DNA of 64,000 bases from Saccostrea cucullata (taxonomy: Eukaryota), in assembly GCF_032062105.1 (NCBI RefSeq), contig NW_026931074.1:281587-345586 (forward strand), read 5' to 3'. This document shows, piece after piece, positions 39,906 to 51,900 of this stretch (position 1 is the first letter of the stretch; every line of letters begins with the position of its first letter). Below the pieces are notes generated by a model. That model was not told the DNA's origin. It was given only the letters and a program-made list of their open reading frames with translations, and ran no database searches. Position numbers and translations under genes: made by a program.

Positions 39906-42900
39906 TTGGGTCATCAGGGGCAACAACTCATTTAAGGAAGATAACTCTTGATGAAAACTAAAATCTAAGGGAAATCACATAAATTGGTATCCAAGAAGTT
40001 TATTCCATAACAATGACACAAAAATTACTTTTATATTGTAATATTTAAATAAAATTAAAGAATATTAAATAATAAAACATACTGGTCAGAGTGTTATTAG
40101 AAAAATTACAAAATGGTCTTTTTGTGAAAATAAACATTCAGGTTAATAATGTCTTTTGCAACATGCTTTTACCATGGAACATTAACATTTTGAAAGAGAA
40201 AATATTTATAATTACACAATATACATTAGAAAAGTCAAAACACTTTTCCCTTCAATTATTTGAACACGTTTTTTTCTTTTTTGCGAGTCAAAAATTATGA
40301 ATGAATCTCATAAGTCAATGTATAAAATTGATTCATATAAATGAAAATGGTTTGAAGTTCTGCAAATGTGAATTTATAATTATGTCTAGAATTTAAAAAT
40401 GTACACAAAAGAATAAAAAAAAATTTTAAACAGAAATACTGAGGTTAAAAAATTGATAGTGACAGTAAATTGTATCAAAGCAGAGTGATAAACATTTGAT
40501 ACAGAATGACTTAGAAAATAAATTTCAAGATTTGAATAATGACACAATAAATAGTACTTGTGATATAAATGTAGATACTATAAGGACTCTGACAGTATAA
40601 GCTCATAAGGTATGTGTTATACTTGTAGAGGATCCATAAAACAGACCAACTTGTTTAGACACAATTGATAAATTTATGTGGCAGCAAAAAATTCACACAA
40701 CTTTGGGACAATATTTTGTAGAACTTAAGATGTTCCAGTCACTCTAGGTTTGCCATCACTGGTTTTGGGAGAAAACATAAATTAAAATCTATTTTCATCA
40801 TCTCTGTCATAGCTATAGATCAGCTTTAGATGAGAAAGTGCCATCGTTTCTGCCAGACTCCTCTTCGTGAAACTTTACCAATCAGCACACACAAATACAC
40901 GTAGTTCTTTGATTTTTCAGCATTGAACACCTGTTGAAAATGAGAAAAATATTTGTACTACAGATGATTGTTTCATACTGATTAATAATGTGCATGTGAT
41001 TCATTAAAAGTTTTCAGCAGAGATTATTCCCTCCAACATGATAACCTATACCCAGGGTAGTCTACTGTATGTAGTCAAATATTTTTCTTACACTGATTCC
41101 CGAGCAAATTGACGAATAAACATTTGATTTTAGTGCCACCAAATTTAAAATATATGTATCTACTAAATGATATAATAAAACTGTTCATACCTTCAAAATC
41201 CTTTCATGTATTAATTGTAGATTTAATGTTGACGACAAGTTGTTTATCTTCTGAGGGTCTCCCACAATGAACTGTAGATTATAGCTACAAAAAGGATAGA
41301 TACAATTATATCACATGCAATTATTTAGATGCATGAACATGTAAATCCTATTTATAAATTATATGCCTTGACCAAAATGTCATGGTTTCAGACGAAAATT
41401 TAGATGAGGAATTGAGCTCCAATAATGTTTTATACTAGTTGTAAATGCCTAAATTATATTTTATACTAGTTGTCAATGACATAAATTCCATAAACAAATA
41501 TAAATATAAATACTTACCTGTTACAATCTGTGTATTGAGTATTGACACTGAAGTTCTGCATCCTTTCGCATTTTCTCAGCTTTTGGGAACATCGATGGCG
41601 ACTGCAAGCAATTTCCGCACTGTATGTACCACCTAACCCGAGTTTCACTCACATTTAATTGCTCTCTTGCAAGAGAATAATGGTCCGAAATGACATTTTG
41701 AACACAATTTGAGGCAATGAACATCAAACTCGATGACCCTCCTTCGAGTCATATTACAACTCTTAGTCTCTTACTGGTTAAAATTAGGGTCATACCATAA
41801 CAGCTTTCCTCACAAACATGCATGGAATCACAAATAAGGTTATTTCACAAGTACAGTCTTCTAAAGCAACTAGGCGCACGTCAAATTATGTCTTTTCTTG
41901 AACCGTTCCTTCCCTGTCCGACTTTTCATGGGCGCCGCCATCTTGAATTTTATAGTCTCAGAGACATCGTTTTATTTTAAAAGATGTACATTTAAATGTA
42001 TTTAAACAACAAATATGTTATCATCTTGTTGTTTTCTTTAATTATCTATCAATTGAAACAAAAATATTCGAATTTTGGCCTTTGATATTGACTCGAACTG
42101 AAAAAGCATTTTATTCCGTAAACTACCGAGATCAATCCGAAGTTTACCAAAAATTACAGCCTATTTGTACAATGGATACCTTAATGTACAGTCAAACCTT
42201 AATATCTTGAACTTTATAATAGGGGCTGAATTTTTTACCAGATTTTTGATTTTCCACAAAATGAGACATGAAGGTGAAAATATAAAAGTAAGTAGTCGGG
42301 ACCTCAAACTACTTTTCATATCCATGTACCCTGGTATTTGAGATATAAATGTTCAAGATACCAAAGTTTACCTGTACTTTTTTGTGCAGAGATTTGATAA
42401 CTTTACCTGAGAATGGCATCACTGTAACCAGAGATGTAGATATCATTATCATGCTCAGGTTTGATAGACTGAGAGAAACTGAAAGTAAACCACATAGAGA
42501 TACATATATCATTTACCATTTACATGGATGGACAAACATGTATTTATATTGAAATCAATTGTTTTGCACAAAATATAAATGATTCTTTAGAATTGTAGTT
42601 TAAATAAAATGTTAAGCAAAATCTACAGGGTGGTCAGGTCTCATAGTATTTCTTAATTTGCTCATCTCATTTATTAATCATTTTCAGTGAAACAGAAATC
42701 AAAATAAAGAAGCACTGATGGAGACAATGCGCCTACTCACCCACAGCCTTTCCCTGCAAAGGAGATGTTGACATAGAGAAGGTTAGGGTTGACAATCTGT
42801 CGATACTTCTTCAGGAAGTTAGAGAGAATTTTCTGCTGAGTCGCTGCAAGATCTCCTCCGGAAAGGATGACGATGTTATCCACCTATAGCAGAGTAGATA

Positions 42901-45900
42901 TTGTGATGTTACTTCAATATAAGTTATTGTTTTATACATCAGTTTCATGGACTCTTTACAGAACAAACCCTGGAAAAGCCACTGAGGTCTTGATAGTGTA
43001 AAAAATGACAGATAATTACAGGCAGACAGACAAAGTGATGGGGAGTGACAGAAAAATATAGACAGATGGACAAAGTGATTACTACATTATGATGCTATAA
43101 TCTCACTACATTTTTAAAGTTTTTACTTGAAAATAAAGCATTTTTATACAGCAGAGTCAAATAGCAAGTACAAAAAGATACAGAATGGTTACTGGAAACC
43201 AGTCAAATCAGTAATGAATCTTACATATAATATGCATACCTGTATTCTGTCTCTGAGTTTCTCCATCAGAATGGACTCAGGGAATCCATTTGGCATTTTT
43301 TCTGTCTTTCCACTGACTTCTGGGAAATTTATCTACCAAAATAATGTCATAAATTACAAAAACTTTACTATATACCTTTAGTTTTAAAGCATTTCACAAT
43401 AATCAGAACAAAAATTGGCTTAAAAAAATAAGAAATATGTAACTTGTGTTGATTTCTAGACAGATTTAATTTCATTTATTCTTTTCAAACAATGAAACAT
43501 ATAATTGAAGACAGCTAGCAATTAAAATTCTAACCTTTTTGAGCAGGTTGTCTAGATTGTCTAGAATGGTTCCAGGCTGTATACTGGCTTGTTCCCAGGT
43601 GGTTTCCTTGAAGGTGACAAACTCACACTCCTCGCACGAGTATTTACACATCAGTCCCATCAGTAGAGCCACCTCCAACATCTGACGTGTAAAAAACAGA
43701 GTATGTGTGGGATCAAATTGTAGGTAGGTAAAAGCTTCTTAAATTGTACACTTCTGTTGAACTTTGTTATCTAGAATATCAATAACTCGAATACCAGTGA
43801 TATGTGTGTGATCAAATTCTTTAAATATTTTAGCACCGGTATTTCAAAGTCGGTAAAACCGGTCACATCCTGATATTTTACTGTATTGTAAAACGAGAAA
43901 ACAAACGCTTGGCGCAAACAAATTTTAGCGCTTGTACTTGTCAGTAAAATATATAAATGTGATATTTTGTTGTTTTTTTATCCACACTCGTATTTGACTT
44001 TTTGGTTAGTCAAGTACGGAAACACATTAGCGTATATCAGTGAACATTCGTTAAGTTTACCGCGGTACGTGTTGCTATCACTTGGACGTGGCACAATGTT
44101 AAAATTTATTTTATTTCTATTTTCAATTAAAAGAAAAGTACTCATTTAAATCATATTAAATCAATGCTTCGACAGAAAATTCTAGATAAAACGGTGATCC
44201 TAATCAATCAATCGCCATGCTTGATTGCATTGTTTACTTCGAGGCGATAGATGATTCGAGAAGCCAAACTTTGAAGGTGCTAATGATAATAATCGGGTAA
44301 CAACTACTGGGGTAACAATAGTTTAATCAAATTATAATTTGGCTGAACTTTCTGTCTTCTGAACATGTGTAGTACTAGTGTGTATATAAAATCCAATGAC
44401 CCTTCGACATTACGTAATCGCGCGTTCCGGTTTACATGTACTTATGTAAAAGATTTAAACACACAAAAAAAATAATATTTAGAAATCCTTTAGCGCACAA
44501 TAAATTTTATATTTTACTCGTATATTGAAATTCAAAATTATATATAATGTATAGGAATTAAATAAAGCATGGATGGCAAATACAGCCACAAACTTATGCC
44601 TTTTCTTACCTGTCTAGGTTTTCCCAAGCCCCTGGCCGCGGTGCAGTTGACCCTCATTCTATCGCTACAGTCAGACAGTACTATGGTTCGGCCCCTAATT
44701 GGCTGTACATTGTAGACTGTGGCTATCTTGACTGCGGTGTCCAGAGCTTTCTTGTAACGATTGATGATTGCCTTGTCAAAGGCTGTCTCTCTGTTAATTA
44801 AAGCAACCCCTCATCACTTAAAGATACGGTTATATTATTATGAAAGAATAATCTTTAATAAATTTTTTTATACACTTTACTTATCAAACTAAATAACCCA
44901 CTTTAATGACTGCTTAGAGTAACATGAATTAGAATTATTTATGTGGAATATTACTTCGGTTTCCTTTTTTCTTCCTTTTGTTTATTTTTCTTCTCGATCC
45001 ACCAGTTATCTCCCTTTCCCCCACGCCCTCGGCCCCGACCCCTTCCTCTTCCTCCCCTGGGGGCAGCCTGAGACCTAGGGATTCCTGAGGCTTCCATCTC
45101 AGCCAACTCTACAAGCTTCTTCTCTAAAATCAGAAATCAACATCAGCAATTCAATCATGTCAATTCAAGCATAATAATCACTCATATAAACACAGTCAAG
45201 AAGGGAATTGCAGTTAAAACTTTAGGGATGAATTTTAAAATAATCTGATCGCATTTTCCTGGACTTTTTCTACTGCATTTTATACATTTTAGTCCATAAA
45301 TTAATTTCAGTATTTCTTTTTTACATAATTAATTAACATTTACACTTTGATGGTAAATTTACATACAATGAATAATGTGCATGTATAAGGCAAAAGCATT
45401 TTATTTACTAACCTATGCAAAGTTTCAAAAAATTGCCTACAAAAATCCAGATAAAACATTCAACATTATGGGTAATCAGAATGTTTTATACTCACGAGTT
45501 GTTTCATATTCTTTTTCAAGTCCACTTAGAACTTCATAGGCAGAAAAGAACCGGAAGGGAAACTGCTTACTATTGGCAACTTGTCTCTGTATTAAAAACA
45601 AGAAATCTGTGAGCCAATGCTCACTAGTAATACCCCCGCTCTGATGTGAATAAACACTACCATGTTAATATATATACAAGCTCAATTACAGGCGAATGCA
45701 CAGAAAAATATGAAGTTGACATCAGATTAACATCATGAATCCCACTATATAACATGTCTCAACAAAGAGTGCACCAAGCATCTGCGATGTAGTTGCTGAG
45801 AAAACTGAGACGAAAATTTGTTATGTATGAAATGGACAGACACACAGACAAACAGGAAGTTGTTTGATTTGAACAAAAATGTATCCCAACATATGGCATG

Positions 45901-48900
45901 ACTCAGAGAAAAATTAAATTTCAAGCATCTGTGATGAGTAGTTGCTGAGAAAACTGCGACGAAAATTTGTTATGTATGAAACGGTCCGATGCACAGACAA
46001 ACAGGAAGTTGACATCAGATTTGAACAAAAATTTTTATGGCATTCAGAGAAAATTGTACTAAAATTTCAAGCTTCTGCGATGAGTAGTTGCTGAGAAAAC
46101 TGCGACGAAAATTTGTTATGTATGAAATGGACAGACGCACAGACAAACAGGAAGTTGACGTCAGATTTGAACAAAAATGTATCCCAACGTATGGCATGCC
46201 TCAGAGAAGATTGTGTTAAAATTTCAAGCTTCTGCGATGAGTAGTTGCTGAGAAAACTGCGACGAAAATTTGTTACGGATGGACAGACAGACGGACGGAC
46301 AGACAGACAGACGGACAGACAGACAGACGGACAGACAGACAGACACACAAGGGTAAAACAGTATACCCCCCTCTCCTTCGGAGCGGGGGTATAAAAAGTA
46401 CATAAAAAGCGTGCAGTACTGTGCCAGTACATACAGAATACAAAAACACCCAATGTGTCATACCGGGTGAATGTGTTGCTTTTTTTCAATATTTGAAAAA
46501 AATTGCAAGACCTTACATCAGATAATCATAAAAAATTTTTCTCTCCATATAGGCAGCATATCTGGCATAGTTTTAATATCAGATATTTTCCATATACATT
46601 CTCTTCAAACATCATGGTTTTGAAAGTTTTGTCCTACATACATGTATATCAGGTGAATTTCAATATATATTTGCTACCATATGCATATTTGTCTTGACCT
46701 TAACATTGACACGGTGACCATAAAATTGACAGGTTCAAATTTTAAAACCCACACATCCTGACACTTCAAGTTATTAATATAGTGTGTTATACCAAAATCC
46801 ACGTTCACGGTGTGATGTTGCTGTCTAAAATTTTAATGAAAATTCATTTATTATTTTCCTAGTTTATTTGTTTTTTTTTTTTGGGGGGGGGGATATTTCC
46901 TCTATTTTCCACTGGATGCAGTTGGAAAAAGATTTTTTTAACATATGTTCCTTCCCCTCTTTCCACTTTGGCTTGATATCTGATACAATAATATACAATT
47001 ATTTAATGCCTGAGCAGTCAATAAAAATTTTTCCCGAGGTGCAGGGAACAGTGTGTTCTATTGCCCGAGGCCAGCGGCCGAGGGCAATAGAACACACAGC
47101 TGTGCACCAAGGGAAAAAAATGCTCAGGCATTAAATAATTGTAAAAACCTAATTTTATTTTCCGTATATTAAGTGTTCACAATCGTATATTCAGTACAGA
47201 AGGTTCCCGTACCATATTGTATCGATAAATGTATACCTAGATATGGTGCATCATTAATATCAATTAAAGATTGATTGTATAGACGACTGTTTACATTCCT
47301 CTCAAAAAAATTTCACTCAAATGGAGACGCCACCAGTGGCCACCACTTGCCGGTGGAGAGGGATCTTTTTGTGCCAGCAGTGCACCTACTGCGACACGGG
47401 ACCTCGGATGATAGGTCTCAACCGAAGGACCAGTCTCCACGTCCCACAGTGTATTAAATAAAAGTAACTCCCATTAAATAAAATATCCGACCATTGAAAT
47501 CACATAATTTTTAAAACCAATGTCGAAAGACCGAATAAGATGATTGTTTACTATGTCTGTGCAGTGTTACAAACAACTAAATTTGAAACCCGGATCGTTT
47601 TTTTCCGAAATACGTTGCCGGTACACATTATGACCGGTCAATAGATAGTCAATAGATCGGTTTGAAAAGATAAGAAAAACTGAAAACACATACAGAATAG
47701 ATGAAAATATTAAATTTATAATAAAACAACAAAATTCAGTGGATTAGGTAATAACATAATTCATACCTCATCAGTGAGTCGACGAAGAACCTGTTGATGA
47801 TGTTTCTGGGAAATACCAGCTTTTATCAGATTCCTTAAGTTCCTCAACATTGCCATGAATGGCAGCTTTTTGTGATCTGTTATATAAAAAAAATTGTTTA
47901 ATGAAATGTGAAACATTTATTTTTCACTACAAATAATGTAAAACAAAGAGAAATTAAACTGTTCATCAGCATCAGGATGTAATAACTAAGTAATGTTATC
48001 AGAATCAAGAATGAAAATTGACCAGTGAGATCACTGGTTAGGATAATAACTGACCAATGAAATTAGAAGTAATGATAATAATAGACCAATGAAATCAATA
48101 GCTGAGACAATAACTGACCAATGAGGTCCTCCCAAGTAGAGGCTTTGTTCCCTTTGAGGGACACCTGTGTTTCCCATGTCTCTGGGACGGGGAGCTTCAT
48201 CCTCTTCCCTGCCCGATCCTGATCCCATTCCCCCGGGAGTCGGGATTTGTAAAATGCCTCTAGCGTGTCTGGGTACCTTCAAAACAAGGCAACTTAAAAA
48301 ATCTGGCAATTTACATACTGTCAAATAGTTTGTTTTTCAAATTTGGATTCAAAGAACTTTTTAATTAGTAATTTTTTTTTGCATTTTCATTCGATTTGCA
48401 ATACTAAAAATTGCAATTTTCTTCCTTGTGGCTTTAACCAAACAGCCAATTTTGTAATACCTACACATTCTTAAAAATTATTGATAAGAAGGTACCCTTT
48501 TTTTGAATTATAAGTTAAATCACACATAAATGCCAAGTACTTTTATACGAAATACTGACTTTTTTCCAATTATAGACATGACATGGTCCACTGGTTCGAT
48601 GATGTGAAGTTTACGGATCAGTTGTTTAATGGAGAATTTGATTTTCTCCATTTCCTCCTGTGTGTGATCTTCTTCATCATAAACCACATCACTCAGCTGT
48701 TAAAATAATACTACAATCTTAGAAAAATATGGAGTCTGAGTCTTGAAATCTCTTTCATACTTCTAACCCTCTGAATGACATACACCAATGTATAGAATAC
48801 TAGTGATAGGTTGAAGTCGTTGGCAGTCCCAATGACTTTTTAAAACAGGTTTTTTAACCTTATTATCTTGAGTTATCTGATTTCTTAATATTTATTCTGG

Positions 48901-51900
48901 TCCAGTCAAGATTAACATAAGAAGACTGTAGTGTACTTTGGAATATCTAACCTGACGATGGATGTTTTCTTCCTCATCACTTTCCTCATTGCTATCGGAA
49001 TCCCAGTTGCCTCTCTGATTGGTTGACACATTTCTGGCATCTCGACCTCTCATTGCACCTCCTCGACCTCTGACCCCACCTCGACCTCCACGTCCCCTGA
49101 CACCAGCATTCCCTCCACGACCCCTGACTGATTCAGTTTCTTTCTTTTCTTTTTTCTTCTTTTTCTTCATTGAGCTTTCCTTGTTATATTTTGCTACAAT
49201 ATTGCAACAAACACAGGTTCATTGTTGTGTTTTTTTTAATTACATCATTTGTTCTGGATTTTCTGTTTATGCATTATTTGGCCATTACTCCATTTTCATG
49301 CATTTCAGATTCATAAAAGAGTGTATATGTTACTGGAATTCTTTTGAGTATACAGTAACGCATGCAAATAGGGAAGTCCCAGATATGATCAATAATTTAT
49401 TATAATCATAATTTATTATAACTGATATGTTTTAGAACTACAGGGAAGGAAAACTGTTTTGTTTAAAATTTTTATTCAATATACGCAAGAATTTCCTGTA
49501 CTTGAATTTTTCACTTTTGAATAAAAAATACATACAGAAGATGTCATACCTAACTGATACTGGTCAAACTCAGGGAACTTCATGATCATGGCTTTACGCA
49601 GGGCTGCTGGCAGAGAGCCATGGGACAAATTGGTGTCATGGAACGCCTGCCAGAAAACAGATAATCATATTATCATTAAAAGTAATTAATCTTAACAACA
49701 AAAAAAAAAAACCCATTCAAATATGAAAAAGATGTGTCAGACACCTCTATCCTGATAAAATACAACATTGCCTCTCTATCCTGACTGGATACAACATTGT
49801 TATCTTTATTCTAATAGGATACAATATTGCCACCTCTATTCTGACTGGATACAACACAATGCCACCTCTATCCAGATACACCTTACATTCTCCCCCATCT
49901 CCATCTTTTCTAAATACAATATTGTCACCTCTGTTCTGGATACAATATTGCAACCTTTATCCTTATTGGATACAATTCCACCTCTATCCTATCTGAATAT
50001 AAAAATGTCACTTCTGTCAAACTACACTCACCTGATAAATCTCTGCCACCTCTATCCAGTCAGAGGGCAACTGGATGGAAGCACAGTAGTACTTTTTTAG
50101 ATATGGTCGACAGACCTCTACATTGGAGCAGAGAGCCAGAAGGAAGTTTGCTGTAGTTCTGATGTTTAACTCCTTTCTTGTGTACAAAGCAACCTATAAA
50201 TACACAGACATAATATGAGATTTCTTTTTCTACAAGATAATATGCACAAATCCAACCTATAAAATAATTATGATTTTATCAAATTTCTAAAATGAAGGTA
50301 AAAAAGATAAATTGATGTACAAGCAATTCATTCTAAGAAGTACTCCTCTAAAAAATAGATATTTTTCAAAATGTACCTTAAGAATGAACTCTGGGTCATA
50401 GGTCACGACCCTCTCTGACATCTCAGACAGGGCTCTCCTGGTCAGGTCGTTGCTCTTGGAGAAGTCTGGCTGACAAATCAGGGATCCACTTACAGCATTG
50501 ATAAGAGCCAGCTATAGAGAAACAGTAAAAATCAGGTATAGTAAACACAGGTAAACTATATAACTGGCTGCAACTGCTAAACTTCACTTAAAGAATCTTC
50601 TTTTGAGCTGTCATTCATTGGTTGCATTTTCTATATGTTATTTTTCTAACCTTTAAGCCGTTGACATCATGCAGTGGGATAGCTGGTCTGTTCAGACTGG
50701 GATCCTTGCTTGGATTTACAAACTTTGGCACCTCTACTCCCTTTTCTTCTGGAATTACCTTCCTGAGGTCATAACGAGGGGCCTTAGCCTTGTATTTATC
50801 AAATTCTAGTCTATCATCTGCCGCTCGTTTCTTTGACTTCTGTTTGGCTTGTGACTGACCTGATTTCTCTTTGGTGCCTTTAGGTTTTGAGTCAGAAAGT
50901 CCTGTTGGCAGTTTACTCGAGGTCATTAAAAAGCTGGACTGTAGAGATACTCTTCCTACTGGTTGCTGATTGGTCAGAACTGAGGCATGTGACAAGACAG
51001 ACACTTTCTGATTTGTTAAGGAGGTATCCTGCCCTTGCAGGGACCTACCAGCACTTAATGTGGATGATAGGGCTGAGGTAGTGTACCCAGACAGAAGACT
51101 GGTTGCAGCTGTATTTCCTAGAAGAGAACCACTCAAGGGTCTTGATTGTGGGGTAACATGGCTGCTCCTGGTCTGAGTCTTAGAACTCAGTGAGGAGGGT
51201 GGAGGGGTCTTAGAACTCAGTGTAGATGAGCCCAGGAGAGAGCTCTTCAGACTACCACTCGTTAAAAGAGAAGAAGATCCTAGCAAAGAACTTTTGAGAT
51301 GAGGTTTTTCAACTAATGGTTTCTTGTCTTCGATGGAAGATTTGGTGGTGAGTGGTTTTCTCTTTCTGGTAGTGGATAAACTAGCTCCCACTAGGGGTCC
51401 AGCTGGAAGCTTGCTTTCAAAACCTGAACTTTTCCCACCTGATACATTGCTCTGTAACCCTGTGCTTATTAAGCTAGATTTTATACCTGCAAAAGAAAAT
51501 TTATTCCACATTAGGAGAGCAGAACATACCCTATATTATTGGCTAGCTGCTTCACTTTTATGCATGTAAATATATGTTCTCGTATATACTGGTAAGCCTA
51601 TATGCACTGTAAATTGTATACATTTTTTTAAAACAGATTTTGAGTAAGTAATCCTTCCTGATTTTTTCTTTAATTCCTGCATTCTTTGTTACAATTAGTG
51701 GTTTTCATCCTCCAGATCCATTACTCATTTCAACACAATTTTATTTTTTAATTATTACTAATATTTCTGAATGTGTACTTTTATTTACAAAAGTATGAAA
51801 CTTTTTTATGGTCTGTCTTCAAGAACACTTGAACAGCTCAAAGGAACCTAAAATTAGCCCATTGGTGTAAAGATATGACAAGTTCTCTTACGAAGAAAAG

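Noticed and set aside
44955-45123. [48 protein letters not shown] as a small stand-alone RGG-motif gene
   Set aside because: It joins in phase to the upstream TROVE exon (acceptor gattttag|AG) and to the downstream vWA exon through donor CGAA|GTAATA, which removes the stop codon. So it is an internal TEP1 exon.
50887-51569. Plus-strand ORFs 50887..51081, 51324..51569 and 49019..49405
   Set aside because: They are antisense to TEP1 coding exons (the S-rich and RGG-rich exons) and are explained by the low complexity of the sense strand.
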